Shown piece by piece: positions 37,035 to 47,404 of a stretch of DNA of 64,000 bases. The DNA is taken from positions 800,001 to 864,000 of the forward strand of contig OY781964.1 in the NCBI GenBank assembly GCA_963677485.1, given 5' to 3'. The notes under the pieces are model-generated. The model saw nothing but the letters and a program-made list of their open reading frames with translations. It searched no databases and was not told the DNA's origin. Each line of letters opens with the position of its first letter. Position 1 is the first letter of the stretch. This stretch comes from Armatimonadota bacterium. Its GTDB lineage: Bacteria > Armatimonadota > HRBIN16. The translations under genes and the position numbers were made by a program.

Positions 37035-39248
37035 GTGTTGCATTCATCGAGCACCGGTAAACCATGGCATGCATTCTCGTATACAATTGTTGTTTTGGCA
37101 GTGGCGGTAGTCATTGTATTGGTATCATACCGCTCTTTCTTCGCAGGGCTTTCTCCTGAAGCCTGCGGGTACGCTCAGCTCTCACGCAATATAGCTGAGG
37201 GTCACGGGATGCAGAGTTCATCGCTGCCGCCTCTGGGCTTCATGCACTGGAAACCTTCGGAATTGACACCAGACCTGACTCACCCGCCTCTATACCCGTT
37301 GTTCCAGGCGGGAATGTTCCAGATACTTCAAGCTTGGGACAGGACAGCTATCCTGAGCAGTGCCCTATGGTTTCTGATTTTGGTTGTGGTGTTGATAGTC
37401 TTGGCAAGCCGAGTTTTCGGTCGTGAGATAGGTATCATGACGGGGCTATTACTGGTGATGTGGCCCCCGATTTGCCACCTGCTGTCCCTCTCCGCCATGC
37501 CATACAGTATGGGCGCGGTCTGGTGGTGTTTCGCGTGGCTTCTGATGTTTGACCCCACGATGTGGGAAGATAGTCTACAGGACACCAAGCCCACTCATCT
37601 TCGCAGTGCGTTGGTCGGCTTGTTTCTAGCTCTCAGCGTGTTAACACAGACATCGCTGTGGATTGGCTGTGTGTTGATACTGGGCTACCTGGTTGTGACG
37701 GAACGATGGTCAGGACTCACCCGCTGGGGAATGACTATCATCACGATGCTACTGGTACTGCTGCCGTGGATCATCCGACAGATATCTGTCGCGCACACAC
37801 CTTTCTTCTCATTAAGCATTTATGAGACATTAATGGAAACACCCAACTACCCAGGTGATATGCTCTACAGGTCGTATTCACCGGGGCATCTCATCCCATG
37901 GTGGCCTACGAGTTGGAGTGACTTTTTGGCGGTGCTGGCCAAGTGGATGCGCAACATTCATGTTACGGCACAAGGAAATGGACTATTAATGGCACTGATG
38001 CCAATTGCTGTAGTTGGTGCATTCTTTAGCCAATCTATCAAACAGATGCGGTTCATGCTGCTCTCGCTGGGTGCCGTTGTTTTGACGGTGCTGGTGTATG
38101 CCTTCGGGCGTGAAGGTTGCGCTGACCAGGCCGTGATACCATACCTGCCGATGCTTGTTCTCATGGCAGTCTACGGGGTGCGCCAGATGTGCGATCTATA
38201 CGACGAGGACGGAGCGCAGCGGTTCAAAATGCTCAGTGTGGTGGCGGTATCTGTTTGCTTCGTATACACAACGGGTTACATTGTCACGAATCGGCGTCCT
38301 GCCGAGGATTCTTTGCGTGTCGCAATTTACCGGACAGGTGAGCAGATCAAACAAATTGAGGTGACCAACCTTATACAGCAAAGTTGCCTGCAGAGCCGCG
38401 ACCTACTTGATATAAAGCCCGTCATGAAGGCGCTTGTCTTCCCGTCCAATGCACTCGAACGCGAACTCGCTATTCGGCTAGTGCCTCGGCTTAGGCAGCA
38501 GTTCATGGCTCTACCTGAAGGGGAGCCCCAGCACCGGGCGGTCGTGGCAATAATTAACGATGCGATCCGAGGCGGTACACCTCTACAAAATGCGGCCTCA
38601 CAAATGGGGCTTCGCTATGAACATAATCTGCCAGTCGAAAGGCAGTATAAAGGAATTAGCACACAACTTCCATGGCAGAATCGCCGGATCATCGAAGCTT
38701 ACTGGCCCATAGCCATACGCAAGTGCTCCACCGCCAATGTCTCCAGAAGCATCGGCATCTGTGATCTGCCAGACCTGGCTGCTTGGTATACAGAGACGGC
38801 TTGGATATGGCTGCCAGAATCTGCCATGGTTCAAGAGGTGAGTAAAACAGCAGCCCGTGAATCCCAGAATCCGCAGACATCGACACGGGCAGACCAATCC
38901 AAGCTACTGGACCTATCCACAACGAAGGCCCAGTATTTACTGCTTACCCCTGAAGTGGCGAAAGTGCCGTATAAGCAGATGATGGGATGGTATCAGCTTT
39001 ACCAGGACACCAGCAACTTTATCCAACTCCGCGCAGCGCTGTCGGCTGCGGAGCGGGTGAAACTGAACAACTATTGGCAGATGCAGTCCCCATATGCTGT
39101 AAATCCGCTCACCATGGAGCCCTGCCAAAGCAGTTCATATAGTCAACAACCACAAAACAGCGTGTTGCTGTCAAACATTGTTCTTTGTGCCACCGACTTT
39201 CGAAGGGCACAGAGTCATCCCCAACAAACCGGTAGACTCCGCAAGTGA
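37035..39248 (+). CDS. GT-C fold (ArnT/PMT-like) membrane glycosyltransferase
   Basis: Multi-TM protein with YAQLSRNIAEGHG, HPPLYP and LPWIIR. Confidence 0.6.
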   Translation: MLHSSSTGKPWHAFSYTIVVLAVAVVIVLVSYRSFFAGLSPEACGYAQLSRNIAEGHGMQSSSLPPLGFMHWKPSELTPDLTHPPLYPLFQAGMFQILQAWDRTAILSSALWFLILVVVLIVLASRVFGREIGIMTGLLLVMWPPICHLLSLSAMPYSMGAVWWCFAWLLMFDPTMWEDSLQDTKPTHLRSALVGLFLALSVLTQTSLWIGCVLILGYLVVTERWSGLTRWGMTIITMLLVLLPWIIRQISVAHTPFFSLSIYETLMETPNYPGDMLYRSYSPGHLIPWWPTSWSDFLAVLAKWMRNIHVTAQGNGLLMALMPIAVVGAFFSQSIKQMRFMLLSLGAVVLTVLVYAFGREGCADQAVIPYLPMLVLMAVYGVRQMCDLYDEDGAQRFKMLSVVAVSVCFVYTTGYIVTNRRPAEDSLRVAIYRTGEQIKQIEVTNLIQQSCLQSRDLLDIKPVMKALVFPSNALERELAIRLVPRLRQQFMALPEGEPQHRAVVAIINDAIRGGTPLQNAASQMGLRYEHNLPVERQYKGISTQLPWQNRRIIEAYWPIAIRKCSTANVSRSIGICDLPDLAAWYTETAWIWLPESAMVQEVSKTAARESQNPQTSTRADQSKLLDLSTTKAQYLLLTPEVAKVPYKQMMGWYQLYQDTSNFIQLRAALSAAERVKLNNYWQMQSPYAVNPLTMEPCQSSSYSQQPQNSVLLSNIVLCATDFRRAQSHPQQTGRLRK

Positions 39249-40774
39249 ACAACAAGGGGGTTGATATGCAGAAATCGAGTCGCCGCTGGGCCATCGCTGG
39301 GTTGTGGTTGGTATTTGTTCTACTAAACTGGCCTGCCATCGCTTTCTTGTTTCAACGCTGGTGTTCGTCTCCAGAACTGAACCACGGTCTGGTCGTTCCA
39401 CTAATCAGCGGGTATCTCATATTCCAACGCAGGCATCATCACGCAGCCGTCACAGGCAGCCCATGGCTGGGCATCATCCCACTGTTAGGTGGCTTATTGT
39501 TGCTTGTCATGGCTGTATGGGCGGACATCAGGCTTTTATACGGACTAAGCCTCCCGATATCTTTCATAGGACTTTGCTGGCTTCTATATGGCGGCGGATG
39601 GGTGCGTGCGCAGCTTTTTCCGTTGGCCTTCTTATTAATGGCGGTGCCATGGCCTGATTTCCTTATTGACAAGCTGAGTGTGCCTATGCAGCACTCAAGT
39701 GCCGCCATTTCAGGATGGGTGCTGGGTCTGTTTCTGCCCATCCAACGTGAAGGCGTTCACCTCTGGACACCTCGGTTTGATGCTGAGATAGCCGTGGCAT
39801 GCAGCGGAATCCGCTCATTCATGGCAATCACAACTCTGGCAGCGATACTCGCGGCCTATACTCCTGTCAAGCTGGGGTGGAAATGGGTGCTGTTCGCAAG
39901 CTCTATCCCTATCACTTACATTGCGAATGTGATACGGATTGTGTTGATCTTCATCGTCGGCCATTATATCAACAGTAAGATCGCATTATCCCTCTTCCAC
40001 GACAATGCGGGAATACTACTTTTAGTCCTGTCCGGTGTTACGCTCAATGGATTACGACAAATGATGATATCACGCTGCACGGTTGAAAAATCTGACGATA
40101 CCGGCAAACAGGCCACAAAACCGCATGTGATCTCGTGGTGGCGGATTTCGATGGCGGGCGCTTGCTTGATTACCGCAATATGGGTTACCACAGCGGCCGA
40201 TGCCACCAGTAGACACATCCCAACACGCACAATTAACACCATGGATGTGCCCTACTCTATCGGCGGTTGGAACGTAACAGATGAATCACCCCTGCCTGAT
40301 GATGCATTGAGACTGCTGACCCCGGACGCCGTTGTGAACAGGACTTACCGCAACGAACCAGGTGATTACGTCAACGTGCTTGTGGTGTATGGGCATTTGA
40401 AGAACAGCTTTCACAGCCCTTCGTTCTGCATGCCAGGTGGCGGTTGGAACATCCAAAAGGAGTTTCAAATCCAAGTAAAGGGAGATCACTCAAGCATACC
40501 GTTTCGAGTGATGTTGATGGAAATGAACAACTCCCGTATACTAGTTGTATATAGTTACATTCAGCCAGATGGTGCATGTGTTGGCCTCATCCAGCATAAT
40601 TATAAACTCGCAGCGATGCGGTTGCGGCACCAGGTGACAATGGGCGCGTCATTGCGTCTTGTAGTTTCTGTCAAATCTGACGAAGATTCTGCAATAAACA
40701 CGATCTTGCCCTTGTGCAAGTCGCTCGCTTCCGTCGTGCAGAATCAACTAAATAGCGACGTAGCTGTAAAATGA
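39245..40774 (+). CDS. Exosortase fused to an EpsI domain
   Basis: Motifs HGLVVP, AVPWP, catalytic ACSGIR, ANVIRI and FHD; the C-terminal EpsI domain has HSP.FCMPGGGW. Confidence 0.88.
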   Translation: MNNKGVDMQKSSRRWAIAGLWLVFVLLNWPAIAFLFQRWCSSPELNHGLVVPLISGYLIFQRRHHHAAVTGSPWLGIIPLLGGLLLLVMAVWADIRLLYGLSLPISFIGLCWLLYGGGWVRAQLFPLAFLLMAVPWPDFLIDKLSVPMQHSSAAISGWVLGLFLPIQREGVHLWTPRFDAEIAVACSGIRSFMAITTLAAILAAYTPVKLGWKWVLFASSIPITYIANVIRIVLIFIVGHYINSKIALSLFHDNAGILLLVLSGVTLNGLRQMMISRCTVEKSDDTGKQATKPHVISWWRISMAGACLITAIWVTTAADATSRHIPTRTINTMDVPYSIGGWNVTDESPLPDDALRLLTPDAVVNRTYRNEPGDYVNVLVVYGHLKNSFHSPSFCMPGGGWNIQKEFQIQVKGDHSSIPFRVMLMEMNNSRILVVYSYIQPDGACVGLIQHNYKLAAMRLRHQVTMGASLRLVVSVKSDEDSAINTILPLCKSLASVVQNQLNSDVAVK

Positions 40775-40819
40775 ATAAAATAGAACCCGTCACTATAGAG
40801 TAAGGAGATTTCATTTCTC

Positions 40820-43240
40820 ATGAGCCAAGTTGTAGAAGACAGCGCCGAGTTCAAACTCGATATCCGTAATCTGATTGACATTGTCAAGCGGAGGGGCTGG
40901 CTTGTTGTCGCCGTCATAATGGTGATATTTGCCAGCGTGTTTGTGTTGCTTCAAATGAGTGGCAGCACCTACCAAGCGACCAGGCGCATCAGGCCTTCAG
41001 AGAGCATACTGAAGCCGCCAGGTGATACGGGTATGGGCATGAATCCGTTCAATCCCAGTGATGAGCGAATGCGGCGTCTAGCAACTCTTGTGGAGATGGC
41101 TTCAAACCCGGCGGTCGCCGAGGGTATGAGTAAAATCACATTCCGTGACCTCTACGGAGATACTGCGACAAACTACGCTAATCAGACTGTGATTAGTCAC
41201 CTTAAACTTGAACGTGTCGATGTCGAAAAACTCTTCCGTGATGGTTTGATTAAAGCTAACATTGTTCCAGTCAACATGTCGAGCAAGAAGGGTCCACAAG
41301 CCAATGATGTGGTGACCGACCTGATCGAGTTCGTCGCAGTCGACAAGGACAAGGACAACGCGAAATACCTTGTTGATGCGTTGACAACGTCCTTCAAAAA
41401 ATTCTATGAGACCACATCAAAGCAACCCCTTGCCGAGCAAGTAACGTTCTACAAAACGCAACTTACAGATGCCCGAAACGAAATGCAAGCAGCTGGAGCC
41501 AAACTGCGTAGCTTGCAGGTCAATCGGAACCTGACCGACTTTGATAAGGCGATCACATACGACTACAGCGTGGCCACTCCTGTGCGCACTCAGCGTGAGG
41601 CTGTTGCATCAAATCTGGCAGGAACGGTATCCTCTCTGAGCATCAAACAGGCTCAACTGAACAACATGGCGGCCACCATGCCAGATGAAGCCGGGAAATC
41701 GGCTACCACCACCGAGATGGAAAAGGAACTTGCGCTCGCCCAAACCCAATATGCCAGTGGCAAGGGCAAATATGCCGAAAGTCACCCCACGATGCAGGAA
41801 TACAAACGACGCATCGCTGAGTTAGAAAGACGCCTGACGGATGAGCGTAAGCAACGCCCATTGGTCAACAACCCTGCCTACTATTCGTTGAAGGCGGAAG
41901 TTGACAACCTGAAAGCCCGACGTTCAGAGCTGGGCAGCCAGCTAGGTGCGTTAAACGGCCAGCTCAAGGTCATTGAGGGACGTATTTCAAGCTTTAAAGG
42001 TCTTGATGTAGACATACAAGAAGCGACGGAGGAATACACCCGTGCAGCCACAGCTTACACGGACATGTATGGCCGTTATCGAGCCGCGCTGCTGAACCTT
42101 AGTGCGACAGACAAAGAATTCATCTACACCCTCGGGCCAGCCCGTATAGAAGGTCCTATCAAAGCCGGCCCCAACCCCAAACTGGCTTATGTTGGCGCGC
42201 TGTTCCTGGCCATCCTGATGGGTGTCGGCCTTGCTGTTCTCGTCGACATGTATGACAACTCAGTGAAGACATCCGAAGACGTGGAGCGCCTGATCGGCCT
42301 GCCCGTCACAGGTGTCATCCCAGCACTCGAAGGTGGTGCACCGAGTGATCTATCCAAGATCACTTACCTGGCACCATCATCACCATATGCTGAAGCCTAC
42401 CGGTTCGTCAGTGAGGATATCATCCGCACACTCAAAGAGAACCCCGATATTAAGAGCATCATGGGTGCGACAGCTCGTCCAGGTCAGGGAGGCACCACTA
42501 CCATCACAAACCTGGCCATTACTCTGGCACAAGGTGGTATGAAGGTCATACTGGTGGACGGTGACATGCGTCACCCCAAACTCCACCGCGTATTCGGCGT
42601 CGATAATGAAGCCGGTCTCAGCACGGTGCTTTCGAGTGAAACCATACTGACCGATGCACTGCGCGACACCGATATCCAAAACCTCATGGTTCTACCCGGT
42701 GGGCCTGTGCCGCGAAACGCATGGCTACTGTTACGTTCTGAGCGTATGACCGAAGTCATGGGTGAGCTTGAAACTGCGGCGGATGTTGTTCTGGTTGATA
42801 CCCCGTCAGCCGCTGTATTTGCTGACGCCACGGTATATGCCAGTGTGGTCGATGCGGTCGTCGTGATCGTCCGAGCTAACCAACCACCGCGTGGTAATGA
42901 GCGGCGAATCCGAGAGATGCTCAATAAGAACAACCTGCGCCAGCTTGGTGTAGTTTTGAACGACGCTAACCCCGAGACGGTGGAGAGCTACCACTTCAAT
43001 AACCACTACTATCGCTATTACCGCCCAGAAGGCGAAGAGGCATTGCCGGCACCCACCAACCGCAGGGGCCGCAAGACGACCAGCATGCGGCGTGTAGTAG
43101 CACAGCAGACGGCTGAACATACTGAGGGTGAACAACCCACGGCTACCGCAACCATAGAGCCAGGCACCGTGGATGCCAGCTCCGTGAATGATCGTCAGGT
43201 GATTGAACGACCGAACTTCGACAAGAAGGACAAGAGTTAG
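40820..43240 (+). CDS. Wzc-like polysaccharide copolymerase / BY-kinase
   Basis: Two TM helices flank a coiled coil. Motifs AEAYR, ILVDGDMR and VLVDTP; Tyr cluster YHFNNHYYRYY. Confidence 0.88.
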   Translation: MSQVVEDSAEFKLDIRNLIDIVKRRGWLVVAVIMVIFASVFVLLQMSGSTYQATRRIRPSESILKPPGDTGMGMNPFNPSDERMRRLATLVEMASNPAVAEGMSKITFRDLYGDTATNYANQTVISHLKLERVDVEKLFRDGLIKANIVPVNMSSKKGPQANDVVTDLIEFVAVDKDKDNAKYLVDALTTSFKKFYETTSKQPLAEQVTFYKTQLTDARNEMQAAGAKLRSLQVNRNLTDFDKAITYDYSVATPVRTQREAVASNLAGTVSSLSIKQAQLNNMAATMPDEAGKSATTTEMEKELALAQTQYASGKGKYAESHPTMQEYKRRIAELERRLTDERKQRPLVNNPAYYSLKAEVDNLKARRSELGSQLGALNGQLKVIEGRISSFKGLDVDIQEATEEYTRAATAYTDMYGRYRAALLNLSATDKEFIYTLGPARIEGPIKAGPNPKLAYVGALFLAILMGVGLAVLVDMYDNSVKTSEDVERLIGLPVTGVIPALEGGAPSDLSKITYLAPSSPYAEAYRFVSEDIIRTLKENPDIKSIMGATARPGQGGTTTITNLAITLAQGGMKVILVDGDMRHPKLHRVFGVDNEAGLSTVLSSETILTDALRDTDIQNLMVLPGGPVPRNAWLLLRSERMTEVMGELETAADVVLVDTPSAAVFADATVYASVVDAVVVIVRANQPPRGNERRIREMLNKNNLRQLGVVLNDANPETVESYHFNNHYYRYYRPEGEEALPAPTNRRGRKTTSMRRVVAQQTAEHTEGEQPTATATIEPGTVDASSVNDRQVIERPNFDKKDKS

Positions 43241-43316
43241 TCACCGGTCCTGCATTCTCGGCCTCCCAACTCTGTTGGGGGGCCATTATTATTTAGTCGT
43301 ATACCTATGGTAGGCG

Positions 43317-44474
43317 TTGCTGATGTTTTCAGTTTGGCATTCAGTATGTTCTGCGATCAACGCACCTCCCGAATGGCTGATAGTGCTGTCGGTATGTGCA
43401 TTACTTCAGATCATCACCACGGTCTGGGGTTATCCTTGGTTTCTTAGTAGGCAGGCGCTTCGATATGCCCCGCCGAAACTGGATTCGGCAACAGTCGCCA
43501 GCATACCAAAAATCTGTGTGTTGGTCGCTGCTCACAACGAGGCTCAGTACATCCAAAGGCGCATTCAGAATCTGCACAACCAATCCTATCCGGCAGATGC
43601 CATGCGCGTGGTTGTCATCTGCGATGGATGTACAGACAACACCGAAGAGTTGGCCAGACTAGAGGGTGTTGAGGTCATTATACTGCCCGAGCACCATGGC
43701 AAGAGCTATACGCTTCAAGCCGCCACTGACCATCTATACGATTCCGAAGTGGTTGTATTAACCGATGCGTGTCCGTTGTTTGCACCGGATGCAATACACA
43801 ACCTCATCACGGCACTCATGCAACCAGGAGTGGCTGCTGTAAGCGGCGTTTTGCAGCTCAGCTCCCCGTCCCTGCAGACAAGCCCGGTCGGCAAATACTG
43901 GCATGCCGAAACGGCCCTTCGGACCTACCAAGCGGTTCTGAACGGCACTACTGGCTGCACTGGCCCCATCTGCGCCTGCTGGCGCAGATACTGGCGTGGC
44001 ATGCCGTCAGGTATCGTGCTGGACGATGTATGGCTAGCCCTGGATGTAGCCGCACAGGGCGGCCGGGTGACAGTATGCCCGACAGCGGTAGCTTATGACG
44101 ACCGTGAATACAGTCCTCGACAGGAATGGCAGCGAAAGGTTCGCACTTCGGCGGGCAACTGGCAGCTCATCTTCACGCCCGGGTTCTGGCCGATGCTACT
44201 TCGCTCAGGCAAATTCTGGCACTGGTTCCTTCACAAATGGGGTCGATTGATGGTTCCTTTCAGTATGCTGATATTAGGCTTGACGGTCATAGTTTTCAGC
44301 TGGCCGCTAGCAGTCGCTTTAATGTTTGCTTTGTTGCTTGCGATCAGGTTTGGCAAGGCACGCTACAGCCAGATGCTCCCATATGTGATGGCCCCAATCG
44401 CGGGATTTGCGATGCTTCTGGCCGGCCGTGTAGATGGTCGTTGGACATCTAGCCGCTCAGATGCCACACTATAA
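43317..44474 (+). CDS. Glycosyltransferase family 2
   Basis: Motifs AAHNEA, DGCTDNT, TDA, LDD and RKVRT.AGNWQ. Confidence 0.85.
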   Translation: MLMFSVWHSVCSAINAPPEWLIVLSVCALLQIITTVWGYPWFLSRQALRYAPPKLDSATVASIPKICVLVAAHNEAQYIQRRIQNLHNQSYPADAMRVVVICDGCTDNTEELARLEGVEVIILPEHHGKSYTLQAATDHLYDSEVVVLTDACPLFAPDAIHNLITALMQPGVAAVSGVLQLSSPSLQTSPVGKYWHAETALRTYQAVLNGTTGCTGPICACWRRYWRGMPSGIVLDDVWLALDVAAQGGRVTVCPTAVAYDDREYSPRQEWQRKVRTSAGNWQLIFTPGFWPMLLRSGKFWHWFLHKWGRLMVPFSMLILGLTVIVFSWPLAVALMFALLLAIRFGKARYSQMLPYVMAPIAGFAMLLAGRVDGRWTSSRSDATL

Positions 44475-44544
44475 ATAGTCTGACGCGGCTCACCTGGCCG
44501 CATAATCGGTTTACAGCAGACTGCGTATACCACAATATAGATAT

Positions 44545-45486
44545 TTGGAGGATCATGTGAGAAGTTTAATAACGGGAGGAGCCGGTTTTATCGGCTCGCA
44601 CATAGCACACACGCTTGTCCAGCAAGGCGACCAGGTCGTGGTGATTGACGACCTATCCAGCGGTTTTACCAGCAACCTTCAGGCAGCCGGTGTCACCGAG
44701 TTTATCGAAGGAAGCATCACAGACATGGATGTGCTCAAACAGGCGATGCAAGGCGTCGACCGCGTGTTTCATCATGCTGCCATTGCTTCTGTACCTGCGT
44801 CCGTGGCGGATCCTGCCACCAGCCACAACGTGAATGTGACCGGCACCTTCAATGTATTGTTGGCTGCACGGGATGCTGGTGTGAAGAGCGTGGTGTTCGC
44901 CACGAGTTCAGCCATCTACGGTAATAACCCAGTGCAGCCTAAGAACGAGCAGATGGCCCCAGAACCTCTGTCGCCATACGCCGGCAATAAACTACAGGGT
45001 GAGGTCTACGCAAGGGTGTTCAGCGAGTGTTATGGCCTGCAGGTCGTCTGCCTGCGATACTTCAACGTATATGGAGCCCGCCAAAACCCGCAGAGCGAAT
45101 ACGCGGCCGTCATCCCCAAGTTTATTACCGCTGCCCTGACAGGACAAAAGCTTCGGGTATTCGGAGATGGTGAGCAGTCGCGCGACTTTGTATCGGTGCT
45201 TGATGTGGTGAAAGCCAATCTGCTGGCCTCCTCGCCCGATAGCAAGCCCGGCATTTACAACATCGGAAGCGGTCGCTGTATCAGCCTGAATGAGCTGATT
45301 GGTGTTCTACGCCAGATACTGGCTGTGGAGCAGCAGGTCAGCTACGAGCCTGAGCGCCTTGGGGATGTGAAATTCAGCAGTGCTGAGATCAAAGCAGCAA
45401 AATGTGGCATTGGTTATGTGCCCACTGTTAGTCTCGAAGAGGGTTTACGGCTAGCAGTCGACTATTACCGACAGCAGGTGGGGTGA
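44545..45486 (+). CDS. NAD-dependent nucleotide-sugar epimerase/dehydratase
   Basis: Motifs TGGAGFIGSH, Y...K (YAGNK), LRYFNVYG and GDGEQSRDF. Confidence 0.9.
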   Translation: MEDHVRSLITGGAGFIGSHIAHTLVQQGDQVVVIDDLSSGFTSNLQAAGVTEFIEGSITDMDVLKQAMQGVDRVFHHAAIASVPASVADPATSHNVNVTGTFNVLLAARDAGVKSVVFATSSAIYGNNPVQPKNEQMAPEPLSPYAGNKLQGEVYARVFSECYGLQVVCLRYFNVYGARQNPQSEYAAVIPKFITAALTGQKLRVFGDGEQSRDFVSVLDVVKANLLASSPDSKPGIYNIGSGRCISLNELIGVLRQILAVEQQVSYEPERLGDVKFSSAEIKAAKCGIGYVPTVSLEEGLRLAVDYYRQQVG

Positions 45487-45582
45487 TGCGCCTGTTGCTG
45501 ATCAACTTCACATTCTACCGAAGTTCCTAAAACTCGCCGTATACTGAAATCAGGTACGCGATCTATCTATCTGGAGGCGGTC

Positions 45583-45753
45583 ATGAGCAACGAGATACCG
45601 GTCAACAACAATTGTCCTAATCGAAACCGAAACGAGCTGAGCTGTCCTTGCAAATCGGTGAACTGCCAAAATCATGGTAAATGCTGCGACTGCGTACAGG
45701 CTCACCGTGAAAATGGCAGTCTGGTTTCTTGCATGAGGTCAGTATCGAAATAG
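45583..45753 (+). CDS. Small Cys-rich protein (56 aa, DUF6485-like)
   Basis: Below the ORF-track cutoff. GGAGG RBS, then MSNEIPVNNNCPNRNRNELSCPCKSVNCQNHGKCCDCVQAHRENGSLVSCMRSVSK. Confidence 0.75.
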   Translation: MSNEIPVNNNCPNRNRNELSCPCKSVNCQNHGKCCDCVQAHRENGSLVSCMRSVSK

Positions 45754-45893
45754 CGGTCCTATTCACCTGAATGGTAGGCATAAGCAACGAACAGCATGCC
45801 ACCCGGCCTGGCTTGACCATCTTAACGTAGGTCGGAGCAGAGTTCGGGCAACCAAATGGGTGCCCCTGTGAGACGAAGATAAGGATAAGGCAT

Positions 45894-46679
45894 ATGAGCA
45901 AGTTCAAATTCCCGATTCTAGCAGCTCTGGTGATGGCATCAAGCCTTGGCTATGCACAACAGCCCGAAAAGCGAGAGATCCTCTACCAAATCTCCACGTT
46001 TAACGCCTTGTTGCAAGGGGTATATGACGGGTCACTGACCGTTGGCAGACTACTGAAACATGGCGATATGGGTATCGGCACATTTGGTGGCCTTGATGGC
46101 GAAATGGTGGTCATGGATGGTAGATGCTACAAGGTAGACATCACAGGGCGAGTGATACAGGTACCAGCCAGCACCACCACACCATTTGCCTGTGTCACTT
46201 TCTTTGACACAGATGTCATCATTAATATCGACAAACCGACCAGTTTTGCGGAACTCGAAACCATCATTGACAAACAGCTCGTTTCGAAGAACCACATCGC
46301 AGCCATTCGAATATCGGGCGATTTTGACTACGTCAAAACACGCAGCGTGCCCAAACAAAGCCCGCCATACATCGCATTAGCGGATGCAGTAAAAAAACAG
46401 GCTGTGTTTAACCTCAAGTCGACACAAGGCGAACTCGTCGGGTTTTGGTGTCCAACCTGGATGAATGGCATCAATGTGCCTGGATACCACATACATTACC
46501 TGAACAAACAGAGATCCGCAGGTGGGCATGTGCTGGACTGTGTGCTCACTAAGGGTGTTGTCAAACTGGACATCACCCCTAACATCACCCTGAATACACC
46601 AATGGATAAGGCATTCGTAGCGGCTGACCTGGTACAAGACCGAAGTGCCGAAACCAAAGCAGTTGAAAAAGGGAAATAA
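45894..46679 (+). CDS. budA: Alpha-acetolactate decarboxylase with a signal peptide
   Basis: Motifs YQIST..ALL.GVYDG, GDMGIGTF..LDGEM, GYHIHY and GGHVLD. Confidence 0.88.
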   Translation: MSKFKFPILAALVMASSLGYAQQPEKREILYQISTFNALLQGVYDGSLTVGRLLKHGDMGIGTFGGLDGEMVVMDGRCYKVDITGRVIQVPASTTTPFACVTFFDTDVIINIDKPTSFAELETIIDKQLVSKNHIAAIRISGDFDYVKTRSVPKQSPPYIALADAVKKQAVFNLKSTQGELVGFWCPTWMNGINVPGYHIHYLNKQRSAGGHVLDCVLTKGVVKLDITPNITLNTPMDKAFVAADLVQDRSAETKAVEKGK

Positions 46680-46819
46680 GGCAGCAACTCAAAAATTCTA
46701 CGGGACTTACCTAGAATTTGGCTGTATTTTTTTGGTGATTAAGGGTATACTGGCTACAGAGTTCCGTCGTTTCGGAACTTTCGACATTGCATATCCCAAA
46801 ACCTAAATGGAGGACACGC

Positions 46820-47014
46820 ATGAAGAAGGAAATCACCCCTAAGTCTGCAATCGTGATCGTTCTGGTTGTTCTAATTGTGATTGGGGCCATTTACATGGCC
46901 ATCTCGGCCTCGAAACCGGTACAAACTGAAGCACCACCACCCGGTGTACCAATAGGGTCACCAGCACCCAGTGGTGCTCCATCTTCGCCTGCTCTACCAG
47001 CTCCTCCAAAGTAG
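46820..47014 (+). CDS. Small single-pass membrane protein with a Pro-rich tail (paralogue 1)
   Basis: GGAGG RBS; MKKEITPKSAIVIVLVVLIVIGAIY...PPPGVP; has its own terminator at 47031-47065. Confidence 0.8.
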   Translation: MKKEITPKSAIVIVLVVLIVIGAIYMAISASKPVQTEAPPPGVPIGSPAPSGAPSSPALPAPPK

Positions 47015-47186
47015 GGTTGCGCTAAGGCATAAAGAGCCCGTGCCCATAATGGTCACGGGTTCTTTAACACCATTATCGAGCCGATAGCCTCTACCAATGC
47101 ACAGTGATCAATGGTATACTGGCTACAGAGTTCTTGGATTTCAAGAACTGCCAATTCATTTTCCATCAATCTAGTGGAGGACACGC

Positions 47187-47390
47187 ATGAAGAAAGAGAT
47201 CACCCCCGCAACTGCGATTGTGATAGTTCTGATCGTACTCGCGGTGATAGCTGGCGTTTACTTACTCGTATTAAAGCCGAAAGACGCCGGCGTACCTGAT
47301 AAAGTACCGCCGGGTGTATTCCCCAGCCCTGCTGGCACCAGTGCACCTGGTACCACACCGGCCCCTCCTGCTCCCACTGCTGGGCAGTAG
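47187..47390 (+). CDS. Small single-pass membrane protein with a Pro-rich tail (paralogue 2)
   Basis: Same RBS context (TGGAGGACACGCATGAAGAA); MKKEITPATAIVIVLIVLAVIAGVY...PPGVFP. Confidence 0.8.
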   Translation: MKKEITPATAIVIVLIVLAVIAGVYLLVLKPKDAGVPDKVPPGVFPSPAGTSAPGTTPAPPAPTAGQ

Positions 47391-47404
47391 TCTGAGGATC
47401 GCAA

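Noticed and set aside
45754-45893. Possible riboswitch before budA
   Set aside because: Some pairing potential, but I could not match it to any known aptamer consensus.
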